Shown here piece after piece: positions 1 through 8,671 of a stretch of 31,922 nt of DNA. The notes under the pieces were generated by a model. The model saw only the letters and a list, made by a program, of their open reading frames with translations. It searched no databases and was not told the origin of the DNA. Where the stretch lies: IMG/VR virus record IMGVR_UViG_2585427777_000013; one strand, 5' to 3'. Source of the stretch: a virus. Taxonomy: Duplodnaviria > Heunggongvirae > Uroviricota > Caudoviricetes. Position numbers and translations under genes: made by a program. How positions within the stretch are numbered: position 1 is the first letter of the stretch; every line of letters begins with the position of its first letter.

Positions 1-189
1 AATCTCCCCCTGCATCTCTGCCCGCAGCCAGTCTTCCGGTGCGATACGAAAATACGCCTCCGGCTCTGCAGAAATATTCACACAAGGGATATACCACTCC
101 CCCTCCGGCGTGCTTATCACGAAGCCGCACGACTCCGCAGGCGCACACCGCCGGGCATGCGCCAGAATCGCTGATTCAGTCTGTGTCAT
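1..189 (-). CDS. K: Tail assembly protein K, N-terminal part; gene runs off the window start
   Basis: Hand translation of the minus strand from ATG (complement of 187..189) gives MTQTESAILAMPGRCAPAESCGFVISTPEGEWYIPCVNISAEPEAYFRIAPEDWL, matching the lambda gpK N-terminus as remembered; lies directly after L. Confidence 0.8.
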   Translation of the reverse strand, partial: MTQTESAILAHARRCAPAESCGFVISTPEGEWYIPCVNISAEPEAYFRIAPEDWLRAEMQGEI

Positions 190-199
190 AAACCGGGAT

Positions 200-898
200 T
201 TACTGCGAAAGTTTATTAATGGAAAGGAAACCGCCAAAATTGCCGACATTCCTGCGCAGTTCACACCCGCGCATGCACTTGCTGCATCTGTCCTTACGGA
301 TATCCGTGGTGGGTTTATCGAACTCATCCGCCACAGCCCCGCCCGTGTAACCACACTCATCAGAGCGGTAGGTCCACATACAGGTGTTCGCCAGCATGAT
401 ACGACCGGGAAACAGCGCCCCGTCCGTCTCGGTCGGTGTGGCCAGCACAAACGAGGCCGTCATGGCTGTCAGCTGCGACATCTGCTCCACCACCCAGCGG
501 TCACTCAACTCCTGCTCCGGGTCCGCCGCCGGATTGCCCGCAACGAAATTCACCGCATCCAGAAAACGGGCATACACCCGGCGGCGGACCACCGTGGCCC
601 CCACCAGACTCTGCAGGTCTTCCGCCATCCCGGTGACCAGACCGAACAGATTGGACACCGTCAGCGACGGTCTGGCACTGCTGCCCTTCCCGCTCATCTC
701 AAAGCCGCTGCCATCAATCGGGTACGCCTGGTACTTCCGCCCCTGCCAGGTGACCGGCTCCCCTTTTTCATTCAGCTCATTACAGAAAAAATACCGCTCA
801 CCACCCTGCACCGTCAGGTCAATTTCCCAGAGTACCACCCGCGGTGACTGCTCTGATTTAACCGACTCGCTCAGACTTTCTTCGTGAATATCCTGCAT
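200..898 (-). CDS. L: Minor tail protein L
   Basis: 232 aa ORF, near-collinear with lambda gpL (VVLWEIDLT..GERYFFCNE..NEKGEPVTWQGR, C-terminal NVGNFGGFLSINKLSQ); ATG start; stop overlaps the M gene. Confidence 0.9.
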   Translation of the reverse strand: MQDIHEESLSESVKSEQSPRVVLWEIDLTVQGGERYFFCNELNEKGEPVTWQGRKYQAYPIDGSGFEMSGKGSSARPSLTVSNLFGLVTGMAEDLQSLVGATVVRRRVYARFLDAVNFVAGNPAADPEQELSDRWVVEQMSQLTAMTASFVLATPTETDGALFPGRIMLANTCMWTYRSDECGYTGGAVADEFDKPTTDIRKDRCSKCMRGCELRRNVGNFGGFLSINKLSQ

Positions 899-1227
899 CA
901 GTTCACCACCTGCTTAAACTCCGCGCTGAACTCAACGCGCAACATCCCGACCCGCGCAGACCACCCGGCACAGGTCACCTTTATCTGCCGGTATGCATAG
1001 GGTGGCTTCCACAAAAATGCCTTCCAGCCACCGTGCTCTGCCAGGAACGCTTCCAGATGCCGGGCCTCCTCCCGGGTCACGGAAAGCGTCACCCTGTATG
1101 TTTTCAGGTCAGCATTCAGCCCTGCCGCCATACGCTGTGAGTACCCGTCACCAAAACGCACTTCACGCACCGATGGCTGCGAGTTCACCTCCATATCCGG
1201 CTTCACTTTCCAGCGAAAGGTTTTCAT
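898..1227 (-). CDS. M: Minor tail protein M
   Basis: 109 aa, MKTFRWKVKP..VRFGDGYSQR..LRVEFSAEF.QVVN matches lambda gpM. Confidence 0.9.
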   Translation of the reverse strand: MKTFRWKVKPDMEVNSQPSVREVRFGDGYSQRMAAGLNADLKTYRVTLSVTREEARHLEAFLAEHGGWKAFLWKPPYAYRQIKVTCAGWSARVGMLRVEFSAEFKQVVN

Positions 1228-3836
1228 CCACCGCTCCCTGATAACATACCGCCATCACGCAACTGCAGCCGGAGTTCATCCTGCGCCCCCTTGCGGGCCA
1301 TCTCATACACCGCTTTCATCAGCTGCGGCCCTGCCCGCCCGTTGGGGCCGTCGTTCTGAATCACCACGTGATTGTTCTGATTAAAATTAATGCCTTCGGC
1401 CCGCCGCATTTGCGCCGGACTTCCGGTGCCACCGACATAACCGCCGGTGGCATAGCCGCGCATCAACCGGTAGAGATTTCCCACGCCAATCCGGCTGGTT
1501 GCCTCCTTCGTGAAGACAAATTCACCACGGTGAACAATCCCCGCTGGCTCATATTTGCCGCCGGTTCCCGTAAATCCTCCGGTTGCAAAATGGAATTTCG
1601 CCGCAGCGGCCTGAATGGCTGTACCGCCTGACGCGGATGCGCCGCCACCAACAGCCCCGCCAATAGCGCTGCCGATACTCCCGACAATCCCCACCATTGC
1701 CTGCTTAAGCAGAATTTCTGTCATCATGGACAGCACGGAACGGGTGAAGCTGCGCCAGTTCTGTTCACTGCCGGTCAGCATCGCCGCCATATTCTGTGCA
1801 ATACCATCAAAGGTCTGCGTGGCCGCGTTTTTAACCTGCGAAAAACTGTCCGTCGCACTTTCCGCCCACTCGCCCCAGCCGGACTTCATCCCGGCCATCC
1901 AGCTTCCACGAAGCTGCTCCTCCGCAGACCAGGTGTTCTTCAGTGCAGATGTGGCCTTCGCCAGCGCAGCCGGATTATCACCGTACACCTCACGAAGGCG
2001 CTGCTCTTCCGACTCCCGCTGCGCCTGACGGTCGGTGAGTCCGCGGGCTTTTGCGCTGATTGCCGCCTGCTTCGCGCTCTGCTGCTGTTCAAACCGCGCC
2101 GCCTGCTGTGCCAGCTCATTCAGCCGTTTCTGGTGTTCAATCTTGTCGCCCAGCTCAGCCAGCTGGCGTTTGTACTCCAGCGTTTCTTTCTCATGGGCCA
2201 GCAGGGATTTTTCCTGCTCAGATAACTGCCGTTTCGTGGCAGCCTCTTTCAGGACCGCATACTGACTTTCCGCCTTCCATAAATCACGGCGCTGCCGGCT
2301 GATTTTCTCATTCGCACCGCTGTGTTTTTCCAGCGTCCTGAGCTCAGCTTCAAGGGCAAGCAGAGCCTCTCTTGCCTGCTCCTCTTCCCTCTCCCCGGCA
2401 GAGCGCGTTTTCGGTGATGTATGCTTTTTACCTGTCAGCTCTTCAGCCAGACGGCTGACGGCTTCCTGCTGCCCAGGACCTTTGCTGACGCCTGTTGCAC
2501 GCGAGCGGTTGATGTACCCCATTTCCCCCTGGCGTATACGCGCATCCCGTTCCGCAATGGATTTTCTCAGCGCCAGTTCATCGCGTTTTGTTTTCTCAAT
2601 AAATACGCGGTTCTCTTCTGCCAGTTCACCAAACAACGCACCAACGCCGGGCACATTCTTTGTCGTTTCCCAGGCTGACTGAATAAATTCAGCCAGCGCC
2701 AGATCCCCCTGCACAAGCAGCAGCTTCACCTGTTCAACGGTTCCGGCCACCACGTCAGTGATCAGACTGAGTGCCCCCAGTGTATGATCACCTATCCATG
2801 CCCATGCGTCAGAAGTCCAGGTTTTAACATCGTCCCAGATTTTTTCCACCGGCGTGGCCGCTTTATCAAGTTGCTCCAGACGTGCATTCATGACATCCGC
2901 AAACAGGGACATCGCCTCCGTCACCGCAGCCTGTTTACCTTTCGTGCGCTCAAGCTCATCAATATGGCGTAACTGGGAAACGCTCAGGAAGTTATACTGC
3001 TGATTCAGGGAGGCCAGCGCCTTCACCGGATCTGCTGCAATCCCTTCAAAGGCTTTTTCCACCTTCCCGGCATCGTCCCCCACCGTCTGCAGCCATCTCT
3101 GAGAGGTTTCCCCCATGATCCGTAGCTGCCCGGCGGTATATTTCCCGCTTTCTGCCAGACGGGCCAGATTTTCTGCCGCCTGTCTGATACCACCACCGGC
3201 TTCATCGCTGATCACCCCGGCCATTTTCCACAATTCTGCCGTTGTGGTGGCAGCCGCCCCTCCGGTCAGGATCAGTGAACGCAATAAGGCCCGGTCAGCC
3301 TGCTCTGCCTGCCAGGCGGCGGCAGCAAGCGCGGCCAGTACGGCAACCCCGCCACCTGCCGCCACACGGGCCACCGACATAAATCGTCCCAGCTCACCGG
3401 CATTCCGGGCATTTTCAGCCAGTGCATTTGCCGTATCTGACAGCGACTCCTCTGATGATTCAGAGGCATCCCTGATCCCGAGAAGTTCCTCCTTCAGCAG
3501 GGTAAGCAGGCTGAGCGGTCCACCGAATGAATCGCTGATCTGCCCCCCCTGCTGCAGCATGATAAGGAAGGGATTCTGACCACCGGCAAGCTGAGTGACA
3601 ATATCCGTGAACTGTGCGGGCAGTGTGCGCATGGCAGCCTTATACTGTCCGACTGATATCCCGGCTTTTTGTGCAGCCAGCGCCTGTCGGCTCAGCCCCT
3701 GTTCAACAGTACTGGCGGTTTTTCTGGCATCCGCCTCCAGACTGGAAAAATGACGGCGTACCCGGGCCATCTGTTCATCAAACCGGGCCGCATCCAGACT
3801 CAAATCAATAACCAGATCACCCGCTGGCTGGGACAT
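1224..3836 (-). CDS. H: Tail tape measure protein H
   Basis: 870 aa ORF in the position between GT and M; long helical and Gly/Ala-rich segments typical of tape measure proteins; ATG start overlaps the T stop. Confidence 0.88.
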   Translation of the reverse strand: MSQPAGDLVIDLSLDAARFDEQMARVRRHFSSLEADARKTASTVEQGLSRQALAAQKAGISVGQYKAAMRTLPAQFTDIVTQLAGGQNPFLIMLQQGGQISDSFGGPLSLLTLLKEELLGIRDASESSEESLSDTANALAENARNAGELGRFMSVARVAAGGGVAVLAALAAAAWQAEQADRALLRSLILTGGAAATTTAELWKMAGVISDEAGGGIRQAAENLARLAESGKYTAGQLRIMGETSQRWLQTVGDDAGKVEKAFEGIAADPVKALASLNQQYNFLSVSQLRHIDELERTKGKQAAVTEAMSLFADVMNARLEQLDKAATPVEKIWDDVKTWTSDAWAWIGDHTLGALSLITDVVAGTVEQVKLLLVQGDLALAEFIQSAWETTKNVPGVGALFGELAEENRVFIEKTKRDELALRKSIAERDARIRQGEMGYINRSRATGVSKGPGQQEAVSRLAEELTGKKHTSPKTRSAGEREEEQAREALLALEAELRTLEKHSGANEKISRQRRDLWKAESQYAVLKEAATKRQLSEQEKSLLAHEKETLEYKRQLAELGDKIEHQKRLNELAQQAARFEQQQSAKQAAISAKARGLTDRQAQRESEEQRLREVYGDNPAALAKATSALKNTWSAEEQLRGSWMAGMKSGWGEWAESATDSFSQVKNAATQTFDGIAQNMAAMLTGSEQNWRSFTRSVLSMMTEILLKQAMVGIVGSIGSAIGGAVGGGASASGGTAIQAAAAKFHFATGGFTGTGGKYEPAGIVHRGEFVFTKEATSRIGVGNLYRLMRGYATGGYVGGTGSPAQMRRAEGINFNQNNHVVIQNDGPNGRAGPQLMKAVYEMARKGAQDELRLQLRDGGMLSGSGG

Positions 3837-4281
3837 ATCTCACACCTCCGGAAATCCCCGCTGAAGCCATCATTAATGCAACATCATCCTCGCTGACATC
3901 CACCACATCCGCAGAAGGTGAAATATCGCGCCCTCCGTCCCCTCTGAACCGGACGCCTCCGGCAACTCCTGTCGCTTTCTGCATCAGCATTTCTTCCTCG
4001 TCCGGCATCTCCGTCTGCTCTTCCTCACACGCTGGAGCAAGCAGACTGAAATCCGCCGGATGCATATCCGGATCGCCAAAAAACAGGCTGAGTACGGCGT
4101 ACATCAGCCCGGAAAAATGAGCGTCCAGTTGGGTATCCTGAAAATAATGCGTGCAGTAAAAACGTCGCCAGTCGGCATATTCGGTGGATGTCATCCCGGC
4201 AAGCATGGCGCGCCAGTCGGGTCTCCCCATCTCTCGCGCCAGTTTCAGGACAAAGTTCAGCTCGCCTTCGAATGCTTTTTT
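3817..4281 (-). CDS. T: T-frame extension of the G-T tail assembly chaperone, reached by -1 ribosomal frameshift from G
   Basis: Open -1 frame runs from the slippery site to the stop at 3817; it has no plausible independent start upstream because a T-frame stop sits at 4294..4296. Confidence 0.7.
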   Translation of the reverse strand, partial: KKAFEGELNFVLKLAREMGRPDWRAMLAGMTSTEYADWRRFYCTHYFQDTQLDAHFSGLMYAVLSLFFGDPDMHPADFSLLAPACEEEQTEMPDEEEMLMQKATGVAGGVRFRGDGGRDISPSADVVDVSEDDVALMMASAGISGGVRYVPASG

Positions 4282-4679
4282 GATGTTACCGGCTCAGTCG
4301 CTTCTGCTTTCCCGGTTTGTTCAGGATCGGCATCGTGCCGGTTATCCAGCATACCTGAAAGATAAAGCACCCGGTTCGTTGCCTGATTCAGTGCATCAGC
4401 AGGCCATCCCAGCATCACTTCACGGCGGATCTGCTGCATCTCTGTCTCCGGAGAGGCCAGAGTGCCTTTGAGGGAATGGGTATGCCATAGCGACATCGCC
4501 ACAAGCAGGGATGCCGTTTCCAGATATCGCTGGTTAATGTGCACGACATCATGCTTCGTTGTCTCCTGTTGTTCTGCGTCTGAAACAAACTTTATATAAT
4601 CAAACCGCTGCAGCGCAGACAATTCGGAAAGCGTGACGGACATACCGTTATATTCAAATTGTTCTGTTTTCAGAAACAT
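4257..4679 (-). CDS. G: Tail assembly chaperone G
   Basis: 140 aa, MFLKTEQFEYNGMSVTLSELSALQR..LVAMSLWH matches lambda gpG. Confidence 0.88.
   Translation of the reverse strand: MFLKTEQFEYNGMSVTLSELSALQRFDYIKFVSDAEQQETTKHDVVHINQRYLETASLLVAMSLWHTHSLKGTLASPETEMQQIRREVMLGWPADALNQATNRVLYLSGMLDNRHDADPEQTGKAEATEPVTSKKHSKAS
4275..4281 (-). other. Programmed -1 frameshift slippery heptamer A AAA AAG in the G frame
   Basis: Minus-strand sequence ..TCA AAA AAG CAT.. in the G frame (complement of plus-strand cttttttt); the -1 frame is open from here to 3817. Confidence 0.7.
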
Positions 4680-4692
4680 GTATTACCTCCGT

Positions 4693-5445
4693 TTACCCTG
4701 CAGCGCCCGCTTCAGTAACGGTGACTTCAGCCACTGCGGCGAACTGACCATTTCCGCTCACCACAGGGATCTGCACCTTACCTGTCGCCACGCCGTTTAC
4801 CGTAATTGTCATATCTTTCACACTAATGGTGGCTTTCGACGGATCGGCGGAAACCGCTCTGAACGTCTTGTCGGTTGCACTTTCCGGCTCAAAAGAAACC
4901 GTCAGGGTGGTTGTTTTCCCTTTTGCCACCGTACCGGATGTCGGCGTCACCTTAATCGCACTGACCGGCGTAATTTTGCTGCGTTCTTCCGCTACAGAAG
5001 GTTTACCCACGTTAGTGACTTTCACCGTGCGGGTGATCACTTCTTTCGCCGTCACGGCCTTACCGATACTGCTGACCCAGCCACGAAACACATCCACCGT
5101 GCCATTCGGAAAACGGATTTTATAGGCCCGGACATCGCCGCTTTCAAACCAGCCTATAAGCCCTTTCTGGCCTTCCTCTCCCGGTTTCCAGGCCAGCGTA
5201 AAACTGGTATCACCTGCAGATTTCTGCCCCTGCCCGGTCGCGGTCCAGTCCGCGTCTTCATCATCCAGGTAGTTATCATCGTAGGATTCTGCCGTCATCT
5301 CGCCCGGCGTCAGATCCTTCACCTTAGCCAGTCGCTGCCAGTCATCGTCTGACAACGGGTTTGCATAAGCATCACCCTTGCCGTTGTAAACCCACAGAGT
5401 GGTACCGGCACCTTTTACCGGCTCAAGGGGATTTGGTGTTGCCAT
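4693..5445 (-). CDS. V: Major tail tube protein V with C-terminal Ig-like domain
   Basis: 250 aa, collinear with lambda gpV; C-terminal region resembles a Big_2-type Ig domain ([37 protein letters not shown]). Confidence 0.9.
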   Translation of the reverse strand: MATPNPLEPVKGAGTTLWVYNGKGDAYANPLSDDDWQRLAKVKDLTPGEMTAESYDDNYLDDEDADWTATGQGQKSAGDTSFTLAWKPGEEGQKGLIGWFESGDVRAYKIRFPNGTVDVFRGWVSSIGKAVTAKEVITRTVKVTNVGKPSVAEERSKITPVSAIKVTPTSGTVAKGKTTTLTVSFEPESATDKTFRAVSADPSKATISVKDMTITVNGVATGKVQIPVVSGNGQFAAVAEVTVTEAGAAG

Positions 5446-5452
5446 ATCGTCC

Positions 5453-5848
5453 TCACATCTCGTATGTAATGGAATAAGTCAGATCTGCAGAACTCCATAA
5501 CGCCATATCGTCATCACGACGATACTCATAGCCCTGCGTAACCATCGTGGTAATCAGTCCTGCCAGTGCCGGGATCGCAGTCATCGCCGGGTAAATCCGG
5601 CTTTCCATCCACTGATCAAGCTCTGAATCCGGTACCTGTGCCGGTAAAAACACCTCAATATGCAGCGTGGCCCGCCAGGTATCTGCATCCAGCTCTTCAC
5701 CGGTATACTCTGCATCCGTCAGATAAACCGCGATCGCAGGAAAATCCTCTTCGTCAAAAACAACGGGGCGACCATCAAACAGCGTCGCCCCGTGTTCATG
5801 CTGCTCGAGTGCATCCAGCACTGCGGCACGAATGTCAGTGTGTTTCAT
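5453..5848 (-). CDS. U: Tail terminator protein U
   Basis: 131 aa, matches lambda gpU as remembered; ATG start. Confidence 0.85.
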   Translation of the reverse strand: MKHTDIRAAVLDALEQHEHGATLFDGRPVVFDEEDFPAIAVYLTDAEYTGEELDADTWRATLHIEVFLPAQVPDSELDQWMESRIYPAMTAIPALAGLITTMVTQGYEYRRDDDMALWSSADLTYSITYEM

Positions 5849-6420
5849 CGTTTTATCGCAATCCTCAGTTGTTGTTTCAGCGCGTATGCCAGTTCTTTAG
5901 GCAGGCGTTCACGCCGGATACGGTCAACATTCTCATCAAATGCCTGTTTCAGTGGGGCCGCCATCGGGATTTTCACCACCTGAATGGGAAGGCGATTACG
6001 CTTTTTCCTTCCCTTGTCGTCATTGCCCTCCTCATATCTGGCCTGGGGAAGACGTTGCATAACATGCCAGCGCCCATTATTTAATCGCTGGATAAATGCC
6101 CGCTGATAACGATGCTGACCGGCTTTGAGTATGCTGTTCGGACGACGCCCCAGCATTCTGATCCCCAGCTTAATCACAGGGAGATCACCGCGGTTAACGA
6201 TAATTCTGGCATTCGGATTTCTGACCGTCGCCCGTTTCAGTCTGGACCGTTCCTTTACCAGTTTCCGTCTCACCCTGGTTTCCCGGGCAACCTGTGACGA
6301 AGACTGATTAATCGCCGTTGTGGCCACGCGGTTAATGGTCATTGCAGAAGCAGCCGGAATGGCGTTTTTACGAACCCGGCTCAGATTGTCAATCGCCTGA
6401 TCAAGCCCTTTTATCGCCAT
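5845..6420 (-). CDS. Z: Tail completion protein Z
   Basis: 191 aa, MAIKGL.QA..NLSR...VARET.VRRKLVKER.RLKRATV..GRWHVMQR..VVKIPMA..RIRRERLPKEL matches lambda gpZ. Confidence 0.88.
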   Translation of the reverse strand: MAIKGLDQAIDNLSRVRKNAIPAASAMTINRVATTAINQSSSQVARETRVRRKLVKERSRLKRATVRNPNARIIVNRGDLPVIKLGIRMLGRRPNSILKAGQHRYQRAFIQRLNNGRWHVMQRLPQARYEEGNDDKGRKKRNRLPIQVVKIPMAAPLKQAFDENVDRIRRERLPKELAYALKQQLRIAIKR

Positions 6421-6435
6421 AATTTCACCCTGCGT

Positions 6436-6789
6436 TTATCGTCGCCGGTTAACTGCGGGTGGTTGCCCACGGTTGAGCCAGAGATAACAGCTGCCCCCGT
6501 CATCCGGAGAAACACGATCCACCCAGAATGTCTCACCATTAATGGTCAGCGTGTCACCACGCCGCACGGCACGAACCGTATCCATCCGCACAAATAATGA
6601 CGGGCTGCTTCCTTCAATACGGACCCCGCTACCGGCAAACCCCAGCGACTCCGGATCGTCAAAAACCCCCTGAACTTCGCTGCCACACTGTGCCCCCGAG
6701 GTGAACTGCGCACAGAGCCCCATCACTTCAACAATCGTTCTGTCCACCCCGGCAAGGGCAGCATCAAAGGAATTCTCAAAATCATGCAT
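6436..6789 (-). CDS. FII: Head-tail joining protein FII
   Basis: 117 aa, ..GVFDDPE..GVR.EGSSPSLFVR..RRGDTLTI..FWVDRVSPDDGGSC.LWL.RG.PPAVNRRR matches lambda gpFII. Confidence 0.88.
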   Translation of the reverse strand: MHDFENSFDAALAGVDRTIVEVMGLCAQFTSGAQCGSEVQGVFDDPESLGFAGSGVRIEGSSPSLFVRMDTVRAVRRGDTLTINGETFWVDRVSPDDGGSCYLWLNRGQPPAVNRRR

Positions 6790-7150
6790 AAACGGCCATT
6801 CCGCTCCTGACCATGTCTTTTGCCACTGAGGGGGGCATCAGAATTACTCTGCCAGCATCAACATGCTCAACAGGCTCACCTGTTTCATCGTCAACACCGC
6901 ACAGGTAAAAACACTTCAGAAGCCTGATACGTTCCAGAATACCAACGTCATCCTCACCGGTGTGCCTGCATGCCTGCTCATGAACGGTATCATCAACATC
7001 TGCGATTTCATTTTTCGAGGCGCAAACCTCCTCTTCCCACTCTGCCACACGCTGTGCGATATCCGCAGCACTCCCCGACATATCCGCCTCGCGCCCCAGC
7101 AGACCAGCCAGTTCACGAAGACGTTTCTGATTTTCTTCTTTTGTTGCCAT
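6782..7150 (-). CDS. FI: DNA packaging/head assembly protein in the FI position
   Basis: Positional (between E and FII) with only weak sequence resemblance to lambda FI; start set at the internal ATG (MATKEENQ..) preceded by GGGAG; the longer track ORF starts 16 codons upstream. Confidence 0.55.
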   Translation of the reverse strand: MATKEENQKRLRELAGLLGREADMSGSAADIAQRVAEWEEEVCASKNEIADVDDTVHEQACRHTGEDDVGILERIRLLKCFYLCGVDDETGEPVEHVDAGRVILMPPSVAKDMVRSGMAVYA

Positions 7151-7201
7151 ATCCAGCTCCCTGTGAAAAAAACACGGGGGCATTTCGCCCCCGCTCACGG
7201 A

Positions 7202-8230
7202 TTATTTCACCTGCACCACCACAAACTCATCCGGATCCGGCAGCACCATCAGCGGCGCGGACTGCGTCATGGTGAATTCACAGGACGGATCGCCCACGGT
7301 CAACCAGTGTTTCGGGTAACGGGAAGAAGCCACCACTCCTTCGGACAACGCCTGTGCATCCTTAATGGCTCCATAGCAACGAATCCCCTCTGCTGCCGTA
7401 TTCCCCAGCACCAGCGTGCCCTCCGGCAGATAACGTTTTTCGGTACCGTCCTCTGCCACATAAGACGTTTTCGCTACCACAATGGCCAGATCGCCGTAAT
7501 ACCCCTTGAAGGATACCACTGCGCCCAGATCTTTCACTGCCGTTTCGAGTTGTGAATTTGAACCGCGACGGGTATCCAGTTTTTCGCGGAAAAGCTTAAA
7601 GCCATTCAGCAGACGCCAGACGGTACCGTCCATAATGGCAATATTCACAAGACCACTGGCCTGATCACAGAAAAGGTCGATATCATATGTCGGGTCGAAC
7701 GTGTCACGATCCTGTTTTGACCACTCCTTACCGCTACCCTGTATGATGTTATTCTTCGTCGATCGGCCAAAATCGACTTCAATTTTCTCGAACTGGTCTC
7801 CTTCCATCGTATATTTGCCATACAGCACGGCATTCACCGCCTGCATTTCTTCCACCTGCACAATAGCGTGCTCTTCCTGTTTGAGGTTATCAGTGATGAT
7901 ACGCAGACGACGGTAGGCCGGGTCGTTCAGCTGAGCCGGATCTTCACCGGGAAGGCGTTCAACCGCCTGCTGGTAATTAAATTCGTGTTTGGGCTTGACG
8001 TAGCCCGGACGTAACACGCGGGTTTCACCCCCACGATGACGCAGCACTTTTCCTTCAACGACCGGGGAGACATAGGCCGCCACCGGCGTTTTTCCGGTAA
8101 TTTTGTCCAGCATCACCTCTTCGGTGTGGAAATTCACCGTACGGCGGAAAAACAGCTCCAGAAACAGCGCACGGAATTTCACTTTTTGTTCGGTATAACC
8201 GAGTAACTGGCGGGTCGTAAACAATCCCAT
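7202..8230 (-). CDS. E: Major capsid protein E
   Basis: 342 aa, MGLFTTRQLLGYTEQKVKFRALFLELFF..TVNFHTEEV.LD matches lambda gpE. Confidence 0.92.
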   Translation of the reverse strand: MGLFTTRQLLGYTEQKVKFRALFLELFFRRTVNFHTEEVMLDKITGKTPVAAYVSPVVEGKVLRHRGGETRVLRPGYVKPKHEFNYQQAVERLPGEDPAQLNDPAYRRLRIITDNLKQEEHAIVQVEEMQAVNAVLYGKYTMEGDQFEKIEVDFGRSTKNNIIQGSGKEWSKQDRDTFDPTYDIDLFCDQASGLVNIAIMDGTVWRLLNGFKLFREKLDTRRGSNSQLETAVKDLGAVVSFKGYYGDLAIVVAKTSYVAEDGTEKRYLPEGTLVLGNTAAEGIRCYGAIKDAQALSEGVVASSRYPKHWLTVGDPSCEFTMTQSAPLMVLPDPDEFVVVQVK

Positions 8231-8287
8231 AAATCAGTTCCTTTCATTCAGAAATCAGTCAGGCCGCCATGGTGGCCTGATAACGTG

Positions 8288-8635
8288 TTACGGCAGAGCC
8301 GTGTGACTCAGGGCTGTGCCGGCAAAGGCATTTGCCTTTTTGTGTTCATCCACACTGTCAGGCCAGCGGATTGCCTCCGTCGCAAAGGTCCCCGACTTGT
8401 AATAGGTCAGCACCGTCTCTGTGCCTTCAAGCGGCAGTACCAGTATGCCAACCGCACTACCGGCTTTCTGTCCATCCCAGACCACCAGTTTCCCGGTGGC
8501 TTCATCCAGCATCAGGGGCGTCAGAGCCGGTGTTGCAGAAGAAATCCCGCTGCTGCCTGTGGCGGTATGAGCCGGATCATTACCGGCAAAAATACGTACT
8601 TCCGCACGCTGTTCAGTGATGGTTTTCGTCACCAT
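8288..8635 (-). CDS. D: Head decoration protein D
   Basis: 115 aa, MVTKTITEQRAEVRIFAGNDPAHTATGSSGISS..LTYYKSGTFATEAI.WP matches lambda gpD. Confidence 0.9.
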   Translation of the reverse strand: MVTKTITEQRAEVRIFAGNDPAHTATGSSGISSATPALTPLMLDEATGKLVVWDGQKAGSAVGILVLPLEGTETVLTYYKSGTFATEAIRWPDSVDEHKKANAFAGTALSHTALP

Positions 8636-8671
8636 TTTGTTAAAACCTCATATTGATGGTCAGCACTGACT

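Noticed and set aside
4307-4313. GGGAAAG heptamer (the lambda-type G-T slippery sequence) on the minus strand
   Set aside because: It is out of phase with the G frame (G reads GGG AAA GCA here), and the -1 frame has a stop at 4294..4296 just downstream, so slippage here could not produce the T extension. The usable site is A AAA AAG at 4275..4281.
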